DNA from: Eledone cirrhosa
Lineage: Eukaryota
Direction of reading: 5' to 3'
NCBI GenBank assembly: GCA_964016885.1
Contig: OZ024741.1
Span: forward strand, 401,264,001 to 401,328,000
DNA: 64,000 nucleotides
The translations under genes and the position numbers were made by a program. The notes beneath the pieces are model-generated. The model did not search any database. It was not told the DNA's origin and saw only the letters and a program-made list of their open reading frames with translations. Every line of letters begins with the position of its first letter. Position 1 is the first letter of the stretch. This document shows, piece after piece, positions 43,788 through 58,525 of this stretch.

Positions 43788-45377
43788 TGCCCCTCAACGC
43801 TCACATGATGATGTGGACTGACATCCTAAAGCCAAGCAGACGCACTGCCAATAACTTCCAGGCGTCTAACAATGGCATACCACCCTTGTATGGGCTCCGC
43901 AAAGACCACAAGACAGTCGACGACCCGACAACAGGACCACCAACAAGACCCGTATGCGGAGCTAATATAGCTAGCAACTACAGGATCTCCTACTTCCTCT
44001 CAATGGTTATACGCCCCATAATCTAGATGTCCCCAGATGTATGTGACAGTACAGAGGACCTCCTCAGCAGAATCAGTGAGTGCAACAAAAACAGGAATCT
44101 ATCCAACTGCATAATAGGCAGCATGGATATGGTATCACTGTACCCATCCATAAACATTGATTTTGCTGTGGAAAAATGTGTGGAGATGATCATTGAGAGT
44201 GAGGTGGAGTTCTGCGACGTCGACACAGACGAACTGGGCCTCCTACTTAGACTTACCTACGACACTGACTACCTAGACAGCCATGACCTTAGACGTTTCT
44301 GACCTAGTAGACCCATAAGAGGTAGACCCTCCACCATAACCTCAATGGCAAAAAAAACTCCCATCCGAAGGTGGATTGGGTGGACCAAAGCTATACGGAC
44401 CCCCCCAAAACAATGATCAGGTAAGAAAAATGGTCGTACATGCAATAGGGGATAGTATCAAAACTACCCTAAAGGGCCACATATTCAAGTTCAACGAGAA
44501 GATCTACACCCAAAATGAGGGAGCAGCCATTGGCGTCAGCATAGCTGGTGATGTTGCCAACCTTTTCATGGTATGGTGGGAAAGGAGACTTAAAGATCTC
44601 CTTAATGAGAGCTCCATAGACCTCATCATGTACTCTCGTTACGTAGACGATATCAATATAGTTATAAGAACATCCCCACTAGAGAGCACTAACAAGTTTG
44701 ATTTAGAACGTAGCACAATGGAAAGCATCCAGCAGATAGCTAATTCCATACACCAGAGTATAACTAACTATCGACTCCCCTTCCAAACACCCTAACAATA
44801 GACTACCTGTATTAGACACGGAACTCTGGATTAACACTATAGACGAGAGAGCCCAAATTCTCCACTCACACTATGCTAAACTCATGACCACCAAATACCT
44901 GATACTCAAAAACTCAGCAATGTCCAGTAGTGCTAAGTTTAATATTCTGATCGCAGATTTGGTACGAGTGATGAAGAATGTGTCCCGCATGTGCGACCCA
45001 ACAGAAATGGAAAGAGACATCCAACACTTCATCAACCGCATGCAGTTCTCTGGCTACAACCAAAGAGACAGAGTCAGAGTATACGAAGGAGCCATGGAGA
45101 AGTATAAGACCCTCATAGAACTGGACATGAAAGGAATTTGCCCATTATACAGGAGCAAATCATGGAATAGCTTAGCTAGGGCTAGACATAAGATAGGGAA
45201 AGCCACCTCATGGTACGACAACCAGAGATACCAGAGTGTCATGTTTGTGGACGCTACCCCTGGAGGGAAATTAGCTAACCAGTGTAGAAAGACCCTGAGA
45301 AAGACCCACTTAAAGATTAAAGTGGTAGAAAAGCCAGGAACCACCATACAATCCCTGATCAGCAAAACCTACCCTTT
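43788..45377 (+). mobile_element. Penelope-like element, right (plus) arm
   Basis: PPLYGLRKDHK, GSMDMVSLYPSI, GAAIG and YSRYVDD; stops and frameshifts; ends in a TA tract. Confidence 0.9.
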
Positions 45378-45406
45378 ATATATGTATATATATATACATA
45401 TACATG

Positions 45407-45506
<100 letters not shown>

Positions 45507-46156
45507 CATATACATATATTTTTTCCTTTTTTCCTCCGCTGCCACCAGTCTGTTTCGTTCTTTGTGTCTTTACCCTTTCTAGCAGTCTCTCTCTCTGTTA
45601 GCCTCTTCCTCACCTTTCACTCACTCACTCTCTGTCACTACCTCTCCTCCTCCCCTTTCTTCCCGTTTGACCTGTCCGTAATCCTTTTCTCGCGGGCAAT
45701 TGTCCAAGCCGGTATGAATTTTTTTTCTCTCTCTCTCTCGTCTGCGACTTCACAGAACTTATGTTTACCGAATTCGCAGTCCAGACCCCTTCTACCTCCT
45801 GTTAGACCTGTGCGAAATTCCTTCCTTGCTCACATTTCAACCAGGTTTGATGGTCTTTATTCTCTCGTTCACGAATTTATATTCATAGAAATCTGGGACT
45901 TGTTTCCTTCTTCATCACTTTCTGCTGCTTAAACCATTTTGTTTGTTTACCCGAGCGTCCCCTTTATTTACGTGTCCCAACGACTTTTTTTTAGCCGTTG
46001 CTCGCACCAACCTGAGGTATATGGCCTTTAATGCGACGAAATGCCTACGACGGTTGGATGGCCACTGATGAGGACAAACTTTTTCATATGTAACCCATTT
46101 GCAGCGCCGCAGCTCCATTATTATCATATTTATACATATATATATATACATATACA

Positions 46157-46192
<36 letters not shown>

Positions 46193-46336
46193 CACACATA
46201 TATATATATATACATACATATATATATATATATACATATACATATGTATATATATATACATATACATAAATATATATATATATATACATATATATGTATA
46301 TATATATACATATATATATATATATACATATATGTG

Positions 46337-46396
<60 letters not shown>

Positions 46397-46502
46397 TATG
46401 TATATATATATATACATATATATATATACATATATATGTATATATATATACATATATATGTATATATATACATATATATGTATATATATATACATATATA
46501 TG

Positions 46503-46541
<39 letters not shown>

Positions 46542-46587
46542 GCATATATATGTATATATATATGCATCTATATGTATATATATATAC

Positions 46588-46678
<91 letters not shown>

Positions 46679-46762
46679 TATACATATGTATAAATATATA
46701 TATATATACATATATATATACATATATATACATACAATATACATACATATATATATATATAT

Positions 46763-46813
<51 letters not shown>

Positions 46814-46823
46814 CATATATATG

Positions 46824-46868
<45 letters not shown>

Positions 46869-46913
46869 TTATGAAAATAAACCAAAGAAGCCTTCAATAC
46901 ATCAAAAGTCTTT

Positions 46914-46960
46914 ATTAGCCAACAATGTTTCGTCCTATTAAGGACTCATCAGGGCAATTA
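46914..46960 (-). ncRNA. Minimal type I hammerhead ribozyme motif
   Basis: GCC-CUGAUGA-GUCC-uuaaua-GGAC-GAAA-C-auu-G-UU-GGC. Confidence 0.8.
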
Positions 46961-47136
46961 AAGCTATAAGAAGCACTATCGGCCAATACAAGCCAAAACT
47001 CAGAAGAATATGGAGTGTACATACATTAAAGCATAGGAAAATTATCGGGTAAAAATTGCTAAGGAAGTGAATAACATTATTGTTATTATAATGTTATTCA
47101 CTTCCTTAGCAATTTTTACCCGATAATTTTCCTATG

Positions 47137-47201
<65 letters not shown>

Positions 47202-47205
47202 TATG

Positions 47206-47237
<32 letters not shown>

Positions 47238-47239
47238 TA

Positions 47240-47357
<118 letters not shown>

Positions 47358-47406
47358 GGTATATATAATTATACATATATATGTATATATATATATATAT
47401 ATATGT

Positions 47407-49142
47407 GGTATAAACGTTTGAATATGTATAATAAAGCCAAAACAATGCAGGTATGGACATAGAAAAAAGAATGCAATTGTAAAAGATATTGTTGATAATT
47501 CGTCTTTTACCTTAGATTTATTTTAAACGTCCTTAATTTTCGAGATAATATCTCTTCTTTAGAGGGAAATAAAGGTCTCAAACCAGCGTTCTAAATATCT
47601 TGCCAAGCCATGCTGACAGGAAATAGCATAGAGTATCTGTTCTATCTCTAATGTCAAAGAGTTAAAATTAGGTGGATAAAGAGTAGTCTCCCTTTAAAAG
47701 GGGTTTGTTTAGGGTTTTTTTTTTATATACATGCCTGTTTAAGTGTGTGGGAGAATGCATGAAGGTGTAAGTATGTGAGTGTGTGTGTGTGAGTGTGAGA
47801 AGATAAGTCTATTCGTAAATGTGGGGGATAGGTGTTATCTGGTGTTAGAACTGGTTTTGTGTGTGTATGTGTGAGAGAGAATAAGTGGAGGTGTAAGCGT
47901 GTGTGTGTATGGGGTGTGTAAATGTGGGGCTAGAAGCCCTATCAGGTTATAAATTAGGTGTTGAGTTCTAGTCTATTATTGATTGTTGGTTGTGTTTTAT
48001 CTATAATTAGTGCTTCCTTAATTTTAAGATTGCCGAGGTTTCTTTCCTTAGTTTCTATCCTAACTGTTATGGTTTTGTCGGTGTTTTTGCATTTAACTAG
48101 GTGTTTCTTAAATGAGGAAGCGTTAGTATTGAGGTGTTCTTTTATTCTTATGTGGAGTGGTCTGGTGGTGCAACCTACGTAGAAGTTGTTGCATTTGTCA
48201 CACTCTAGTCTGTATACGGCGTAAGCCTGGTGGCATAGGTCTGTATCGTTGATGGGGCAGTTGGCTAGTCTGCAGCAGTTGTCATGTCTGGTGGAGTGTC
48301 TTTTGGCTAGCTGTCCGCGCAGAGAAGGACCTGAGTGGGCCAGTTGGATATCTAGTCCTTCTCGTCTGATGGCTCTGCGGATGGCTGTTGTTGTTTCTTC
48401 ACTGAAGTGTGGGAGCTTCAGGAAGCAAGTGTTAGTGCCTCGGGTGTGGTGTCCTCTGTTCTTTCTGGCACGGTTTGTGGTGGATGTCGTGTATCCGTTC
48501 AGTTTGAGTACTTCCAGGAAATGTGTGGTGTGTGTGTCTCGGTCTATAGCGTCGGTGCATTTTTTCCGGATACGTGCCAGTTCGTTCCTTATGTATCCGA
48601 ACTTGGCACCGAGTGGGAGGGCCGATCTGAAATGTACGAACAGGTCCCTGCTGGCGGCTTTTTTATAGAAGCAGGTGTGGATGTTGCCTTCCTCTGTTAC
48701 CCTGAGTTGGAAGTCCAGTAGGGATAGGGATCTGCGGTCATCGGGGTGTTCCATGCTGAACTTTATACTGGCGTCCATGCTGGAGAATGTTGTGTATATT
48801 TTATCTGCCTCCTCACGGGATGATGTGAGGATGAGTATGTCATCTACATATCGGGTGAAGAAGGCATGGGAATGGCAGGTGTTGAGGGCTTGACATTAGA
48901 GATAGAACAGATACTCTATACTATTTCCTGTCAGCATGGCTTGGCAAGATATTTAGAACGCTGGTTTGAGACCTTTATTTCCCTCTGAAGAAGAGATATT
49001 ATCTCGAAAATTAAGGACGTTTAAAATAAATCTAAGGTAAAAGACGAATTGTCAACAATATCTTTTGCAATTGCATTCTTTTTTCTATGTCCATACCTGC
49101 ATTGTTTTGGCTTTATTATACATATTCAAACGTTTATACCTC
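47407..49142 (-). mobile_element. 5'-truncated Penelope-like element (second lineage) with inverted pLTRs
   Basis: RYVDDILI, AVYRLEC...FYVGCT.RPL..RIKEH GIY-YIG (47954-48890); about 250-bp inverted termini at 47407-47657 and 48891-49140. Confidence 0.9.
48979..49018 (+). ncRNA. Hammerhead-like motif in a pLTR
   Basis: CCU-CUGAAGA-A-GAGAU-auu-AUCUC-GAAA-AU-UA-AGG; very short stems I and III; the mirror copy near 47530-47570 has a mutated core. Confidence 0.5.
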
Positions 49143-49385
49143 ATTACACAATGCTTCAAGTGAACTATAACCTCCTCCATATATATATGTATATATATAT
49201 ATATATATTCTCTCTTCATAATGTATTTTTAACTCTGATACTGGTTCAGTCTGGTTCAAACTGAATTGGTCTGTCCCAGTCATTCATTGAGCAACATCGG
49301 TGAAGTTGGCACCCTTAACTCACAGTTGGGTGCGGATGCATTCATGTATATATGTGTGTGTCCGCATGTATCTGTGTGTTTCTAA

Positions 49386-49417
<32 letters not shown>

Positions 49418-49443
49418 GTATATATATATATACATATATATGT

Positions 49444-49503
<60 letters not shown>

Positions 49504-49514
49504 ATGTATATATG

Positions 49515-49595
<81 letters not shown>

Positions 49596-49614
49596 ATATA
49601 TATATGTATATATG

Positions 49615-49728
<114 letters not shown>

Positions 49729-49951
49729 AAAGAATAGAGGTGTAACACAAGTTATTATATATTGGTAAACGGAATAGAAAATGCTGACAAATTGTTCACA
49801 GTTGAAAAATGGTTTAATTAGGAATAAAAGAGTATTAGTGATTGTATGGGTTAGTATTCAGTCGTGGTTTTAAGTTTTTAAGTTTTTACCGGTTGCGCAT
49901 TTCTAAATGCTTTTCAAAAATAATTTTGAGATAGAGTGTCCGTGCTGTTTG

Positions 49952-50014
<63 letters not shown>

Positions 50015-50098
50015 CTTTGAATAACTTTGAAATATTTTGGCCAGTATTGGCCCAGGCCATGTCTAACTTAATAGCACCACCTGGCGAAGTTTTTCAAT

Positions 50099-53000
50099 TC
50101 AGGATTTGGGCACCATGGCCCATTCGAGAAGGGAATTACTGTTTGCGGAGACATATCCGGGTGTGGGTGGTTTGTCCAGGATTACTTGGAGGAATTTGTC
50201 CAAAGACTTCTTGAATTTTGTGTGGTCAGTTTCTGTTTTGACGTGTCCTGGTGTGATGTTGAAGAGAGCAGGGCCAATTGAGGTGAAATAATTGTGCCGT
50301 ATTGTTGTTATGAGTTGCAATTTAGATTTTTGTTTGGGACGGATAGCACGGGGCCCAAGCCTTGAGTATATTTTAAAGGTGATGCCAACATCATTTGGGC
50401 AGTGCTGATGAAACATTTTCCACATCATGCAGATAATATAACGCTCACGGCGACGTTGGAGTGAGTAAAGTTTCAGCTTTTCTAGTCGACCCCAGTAGTC
50501 AAGGTCTGACATGACATCTATCTTTTTCGTGATTGCCCTTTGGGGAGCTTCAAGTTTCATGATACTTTGTTTCGTGTGGGAAGACCACAGTGGACAACAG
50601 TATTCAAGGTGTGGTCGGGCAAAAGTGGAGAAGAGAAGGATAATGGTGTGGGAATCTCTCGACTGGAAGGTTCTGAGGATCCAGGAACAAATTATGCGGG
50701 CCATGTCAACTTTGCTGCTTATATGCGTGGCCCAGCTTATGTTGTTGTCCACGGTTACTCCCAAGTCTCTGATGTTGTTAGATGCCACGAGAGTTTCACC
50801 GGAGGGAAGGGAGTACGGGAGTTTCAGAGCATCCTCTTTTCCAAAGTGGATCAGTTCGAATTTTTCTTCGTTCAGTAACATGTTGTTCTTTTCCGCCCAT
50901 TGAGTAACAGCCAGTAGGTCTGACTGAAGGCTTATCCGGTCATCCACGCCATTGATGACCTTTTAGAGCTTGGAATCATCAGCGAAAGTTCTAATGTTGC
51001 TGTGTTTGATGATGTCAGTGATGTCATTAATATAGATGATGAAGAGAAGTGGGCCCAACACAGTGCCTTGTGGGAGCCCACTACTGACTTTGGCTGGGCT
51101 GGATTTGACTCCTTCGACTACAACATGTTGGGTTCTGTTTGATAGGAAGCTCTTGATCCACTGCAGCAGCTTTCCAGTGACACCAATATTGGACAGCTTT
51201 CTCAGTAGAATGTTGTGATCAACCCTGTCAAAGGCCTTGCTGAAATCAAGGTAGATAACATCGTGTTGGAACCCTCTCCCATGGCTCTCAAAATGTCATC
51301 AAAGTGATGCAGTAGCTGCGTCAGGCAATCCCTTCCATTACGGAATCCATGCTGGTTGGAGTTCAGCATATTGTTACTCTCAAAGAAGTGAGTCATTCGT
51401 GATCTCACCACTCTCTCAAATACCTTAATGATATGAGAGGTGAGTGAGATTGGACGGTAATTCACGGCAAGGGATTTGTTTCCTTTTTTGAAAACTGGGA
51501 CAAAATACTGGGATAGAAGGTTTTCTGGCACATATCCAGCATCTAGTGAGTTCCGCCACAGATTGGCAAGAGGAGATGCAAGTTGGTGTTGACACGCCTT
51601 CAAGGCACAAGCAGGGAACCTATCGGGACCTACTGCTGAATTATGCTTGATTTCCTTTATTGCCGCTAAGACATCAGGGGCGCCAAACGTTATGTCCGAT
51701 AAGGTGTAATGGGGAGCAACATCGCCGATACAGCCCAGATCGGCCATATCAGGATTGCTGAAAACAGAGCAGTATTGTTTCTGCAGTATCTCACCCATGG
51801 TTTTAGCATTGTCTTGAAGAGTGCCATTTTCATCAATTAGAGGGCCAACAGTAGAGCCAGTGATTTTGTGTTTTTTTTGCAAATGAAAAGAACACTTTGG
51901 GATTGAGTTTGATCTTTTCAATGGCCCAGGCCTCTTCACCTCTTCTCTGATTGTTGATGATAGACATCATATTGTTTTGGAGGTTATGTTTTTTAATCTC
52001 TAGTGATGAAATGGCAGTCAAGTTGATGTGTTGCTGCTGACAGTATTTCAGCTTGTTGATTTTTTTGTTAGTTCTCTTAATTTTCCTGATGAGCGTTTTT
52101 CTATTTCTAGGGATTCTGCTCTTAGATTTGTTTATAGTTCTTAATGGGGTGTGTTTTGCACATATGTTTGTAACAGTGTCCACAAATGTCTGCCAGGACT
52201 TTTTGATGTTAGTGGGTGTGTGAGTGTGCGTGAAGGACCAGTCGACATGTGCAAGATCATGACTGATCGCTTCCCAGTTTGCATTGTGGAAATCCATAGC
52301 GTCAAACGGATGGACAGGAGAGCTGACATTGGGTTTGTATATTGGACGGCGGAATCTCAGATCACAGAGAACCATGTCATGATCAGAGAGTAGAGTTTTC
52401 TCCACTGCAATGTTGTGGATAGTGTCAGTGTGATTGCTGAAAATTAAGTCTAGGACGTTTTTGTGGCACCTCGTTGGTTCGAGCACCAGTTGGGACAGGA
52501 AGAAATCATCCATGAAGTCAAGAAGCGATTCCACTGCTTCCCTGTCAGAGGTTGAGGCAGAAGAACCTGGTGGCAGGCTGTTTGTGGACCAGTCAACTCC
52601 GGGGAGGTTGAAGTCCCCCATCATTAAGATGTTGTCAGGGTGACACTCTTGGATGAAACACTTTATGCTGTTGAGGCATGGTAGAGGCGTTTGGGTTGGC
52701 CTATAGAGCCCAACTACTATTAGGTTGTTGGTTTGACTGAATACAGTGACTGCTTCGCAGTATCCATTAGTAAATATGTTCATAGCCTCTGTTGAGAAAG
52801 AATTATGGACATAAATGGCAGTCCCACCCTTTCTTCTGCCAGCGCGATCAGCACGGATGGCTTTGAAATTTTTCACTTTCACCTCGGCTTTCAAGTGAAG
52901 GTTGCTGAGATGGGTTTCAGTGAGGACGAAGAAAGGGATGTGGTTTGGATGGACATCAACCCAGTCCTCCAGGAATTTGATCTTCCATTTTTGAGTATTG

Positions 53001-53161
53001 GTGGAAGGGCTGATGCCTTGGGCGTTAAGCAAAAATGTTGAGGCGAGAGTGGATGGTTTTAATTGTTTTGGTGTGTTGTTAATTTGTTTGTTTGTTAATG
53101 GCAGCAATGGGAGTTTGTGCAGTGAGGTGATAGTGGAGGGTGGTGTTGGGTGAGAGCTCAA
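50099..53161 (-). pseudogene. LINE ORF2 (APE endonuclease + reverse transcriptase), two frameshifts
   Basis: LTETHL, GDFNLP, LDLIF and SDH APE motifs; NYRPISLTS, QHGFR, YLDFSKAFD, PQG and FADD RT motifs; breaks near 51875 and 51265. Confidence 0.9.
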
Positions 53162-53722
53162 ATGTTTTTTTCCAGTTCTTTTGCCAGATTCATTATAGCT
53201 AAAAAAGAGGAAGAAGTTTCCTGTTTAGGAGACTGTTGGTGACTGTGGTAGTGGTTATTTTTATGTAGGTTATGGTTTTTGTTTTTGCTTTTATTTCTAT
53301 TTTTATTTTTATTTTCATTTGTCCGACGGGTCCCCGGGAGATGGGTAAATGGACAATCCCGGTGTAAACACAATCTGTCTCGCAGGGAAAAGCGGCAGAT
53401 TTGTGGATTCCTTGTTTGAGTTATTGGTGGTTGTGTTGGTGTTAAATTAGAGTATGTATTATGGTGGTGGCTGTTTGTGGGGATAGACCGTTTTGTCCTA
53501 GGTAAATGGGTGAATTTGCAGCCACTATCCGTACATATTCTATAGCGTAGAGAGTAGCGGCAAATGATGGGGTTTCGAGTGGGTATGTATGTGTGTGTGT
53601 GTGTTGTGAGAGGTGTAGATGATAGTTTGAGTAGGTTTTGACGACCTGTGTGGGCTGTGGGAGGGAGAGTTCTTGTACTGGTATTAGAAGGTAAATTTCT
53701 TGAGATAACAGTAGGCAAAGAT

Positions 53723-53801
<79 letters not shown>

Positions 53802-54032
53802 GCAGAGGAGATGTTGGCAGTGGTGATGATTGGATTGCAGGGGCAGAGAAAGGAAGAGGCGTTTCCTGCTGTGAGACAGTGGCTACTGGGAGGTCAATAG
53901 TTTCATTTAGTAGATCGGCCATTGTTGATGAATCAAGGAGTGGTTCACACTGTTGTTGTTGTTGTTGTTGTTGTCGTTGTTGTTGTTGCTGTTGTTGTTG
54001 CTGCTGTTGCTGTTGTTGCTGTTGTAGCTGTT

Positions 54033-54063
<31 letters not shown>

Positions 54064-54342
54064 TTGCTGCTGTTGCTGCTGCTGGACAGCATCCGAAGAA
54101 AAAACACACCGTTGTTTATCCAAATGTTTATTGATTAATTTAAAAGCAACTTTGATTTGCTTTAATTTATTTTGAATCTGTTGTTCAGATCGGGTTTTCA
54201 AAAGTTGAACTGTACGTTTAGCAATGTCGTTCAGACATGAAGCATCTATGTCTTCTGTTTGGGTATGGCAATGCCATGTGTTTATTAGAATGTCGATTTC
54301 ATTATCAGACCAGTTCTGTTTGGATTTTTGCTGGTTAGCCAT
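53158..54342 (-). CDS. LINE ORF1 with Myb/SANT-like N-terminus, polyQ, polyT and two CCCH-type fingers
   Basis: Intact 394-aa ORF: NWSDNEIDILINTW; CRYSLRYRICTDSGCKFTH and CRFSLRDRLCLHRDCPFTH. Confidence 0.8.
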
Positions 54343-54378
54343 TCTAGTTTTGAGTGTGTGTTTTAGTTAAGTATTTCA

Positions 54379-54409
<31 letters not shown>

Positions 54410-55207
54410 CCCCACGGAGTCAACAAAAGAGAGTACCAGTGATGCGCTGGACCAGTCGCTGGATCCGTGCCAAAAGCAGAAAAATTATTAAAGTTGTTTT
54501 CTTAAGGCCCGGTCGCTGGTGATGGTGGTGGTGGTGGCAGTTGATGTTGTTGTGTTGTGTGCGTGTGTGTTTTGTTATTTTGAGTTTGTTTGTGTTTGTT
54601 TGTGGTGTTTTGTTTTGTTTTTGTTTTTTTTATTATCTTTTGATGCCGCTGTTGTTGTTGTAAATGATCATTTCAATTCATGCTGAAGCTGTTGTTGCTG
54701 TAAACATTAGTGCCGGTGTTGTTGTTGTAGATGTTGGGGTTGAAATCTGGTCGTTTGACTGAGTGATGTATATACATACATATATATATAGATATATATA
54801 CACATTCAACACAGAGTAGAGAGTTTGACAACAGGTCGATGACTTTAGTCTAGATAGGGTAATGACATATGATGGTGGGGAGAGAGTGTAGACGTTATTG
54901 TGGTGGTGGGGGACAGTGAGATGTATCTAGTTCATTTGTCCGTTTACTTCTCTTTGCAAAATTTGAATTTTAGCCCTGGTATATTATATTGAGATGTAAG
55001 TAAATGTAAAATGTAAAATATAAATAAGGATTGCTCTGGTAAAATATACTAAAATATTTGTTTGTGTAACTTCCACAAACTTCTGTCGTGACATTCCCGA
55101 GTCCAGTGACCAAAAAATTGTTGTATTTTGATGTTTCAGAATACAAAATTTAATTAAAAACTTACCCCACGAAAAGACAGCGTGTGTTGTCGGTGTCCTG
55201 ACTCCTA

Positions 55208-55240
<33 letters not shown>

Positions 55241-55308
55241 GCATATATATGTATATATATATACATATATATGTATATATATATATACATATATATGTAT
55301 ATATATAT

Positions 55309-55339
<31 letters not shown>

Positions 55340-55618
55340 CATCATAAAACATGTCTATAGAATCACCAGATAAAATATATACCATTTCCTCTCCCAATTA
55401 GCATAATTAACCATATAAAAAATCGAGTAGACCAAGCTATAAGAATAAAGGCTTCTATGAAGAAATCTCCGACAAATAACCGAAAGCAGCCCTTCGCGTC
55501 AGTTGCGACGGAATATTTATCGAGTATTTCGACAGCGTGTATGAATCGCCCAGATATACAGTCAATTAAACAGAATTAGGTGTAAAATAAACTAGGAGAA
55601 AAGTGAACATATTTAGTT

Positions 55619-55696
55619 ACCTCTACCATGGTTTCGTCCGCATTTTAAGATATCCGATAGCATTGGACACCTAGAGCACCGGACTCTTCAGGAAGT
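55619..55696 (-). ncRNA. Minimal type I hammerhead ribozyme motif with a long stem II
   Basis: ACUUC-CUGAAGA-GUCCG...CGGAC-GAAA-CCAUGG-UA-GAGGU. Confidence 0.8.
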
Positions 55697-55791
55697 TAGC
55701 TCAAATTTAAACAATAAGTTTTCCAAACTGATCGCGCCAAGAATACATTCAAAAATGGCTAAGAATCGTGACGTAGCAGCGGTCAGGTTAG

Positions 55792-55871
<80 letters not shown>

Positions 55872-55875
55872 ATAT

Positions 55876-56549
55876 GGCATACGTTAAGACGGGCGTTCGG
55901 GAAAGTGAAAGTAAATTTATTTTCATTTTCGAACGTCGTGTTTACATTTTGTAAATGAGTGTCGTTTTAACTGATTATATATATATGTATATGTGTGTGC
56001 GTGTGTGTGTAGTTGACGGTTGAGAGAAGAGTACTCAATACCGAAGTAATGAGGCTTGCACATACTGGCGACGAAGCTTCTTCTTTGCACGGCTCCATGT
56101 GTTCTTTATGAGCTGTGTGTGCACATCAAGGTCCGCGGGATCTACAAAGTTCCGTTCGTGCACCACAACATCATGAACGTAAATCCCACCTTCAATTTCC
56201 AAATAGGAAGCCCAACCATTGGAGATGATGCGGCTGCCTGGCAAAATCCCTGCTGAATGATGGGGACGAGAGTGTAAGAGCTTCGATTTGGGACTTCTGC
56301 AAGGCAGCAGCGTCTAGAATTGCGGACTCACCATTCTGCAAGCCTCATTACAAGATTACTTCGGTATTGAGTACTATTCTCTCAACCGTCAACTGCACAC
56401 ACACACACACACACACATATACATATATATATAATCAGTTAAAACAACACTCATTTAGATCTAAACACACACACAAAATGTAAACACGACGTTCGAAAAT
56501 GAAAATAAATTTACTTTCACTTTCCCGAACGCCCGTCTTAACGTATGCC
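55876..56549 (-). mobile_element. Internally deleted Merlin (IS1595-like) DNA transposon
   Basis: GG...CC termini, about 180-bp inverted repeats, 9-bp TSD TGTATATAT; remnant PGSRIISNGWASY...VVHERNFVDP...VHTQLIKNTWSRAK. Confidence 0.85.
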
Positions 56550-56557
56550 TGTATATA

Positions 56558-57794
<1,237 letters not shown>

Positions 57795-57800
57795 GTGTAC

Positions 57801-57954
<154 letters not shown>

Positions 57955-57955
57955 G

Positions 57956-58096
<141 letters not shown>

Positions 58097-58180
58097 TATA
58101 TAGGAACGAGTAGGACTCCGACGGCTGAGCTCAAGCCGTTTCGACGGCTAATTCTGGACTCCATGTATATATATGTGTAC

Positions 58181-58299
<119 letters not shown>

Positions 58300-58351
58300 A
58301 ACCAGTAAGACCCCGACAGCTGAGCTCAAGCCGTTTCGGCGGCTAATTCTA

Positions 58352-58484
<133 letters not shown>

Positions 58485-58525
58485 TACATACTTTTCCGCT
58501 AAGCTCAATTTCTTTCACCCGCACC

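Larger units (their letters stand above)
50011..54770 (-). mobile_element. Near full-length two-ORF LINE (CR1-group like)
   Basis: ORF1 plus APE-RT ORF2, (TTCAAAGTTA)n tail at 50011-50032; both ends lie in TA tracts; 5' boundary approximate. Confidence 0.9.

Noticed and set aside
49885-49925. Additional hammerhead on the minus strand (UUGAAAA...GAAAUGCGCA)
   Set aside because: Non-canonical core, no U-H site and no stem I.
53648-54175. PolyV/polyC ORF on the + strand
   Set aside because: Antisense reading of the polyT/polyQ tracts of LINE ORF1.
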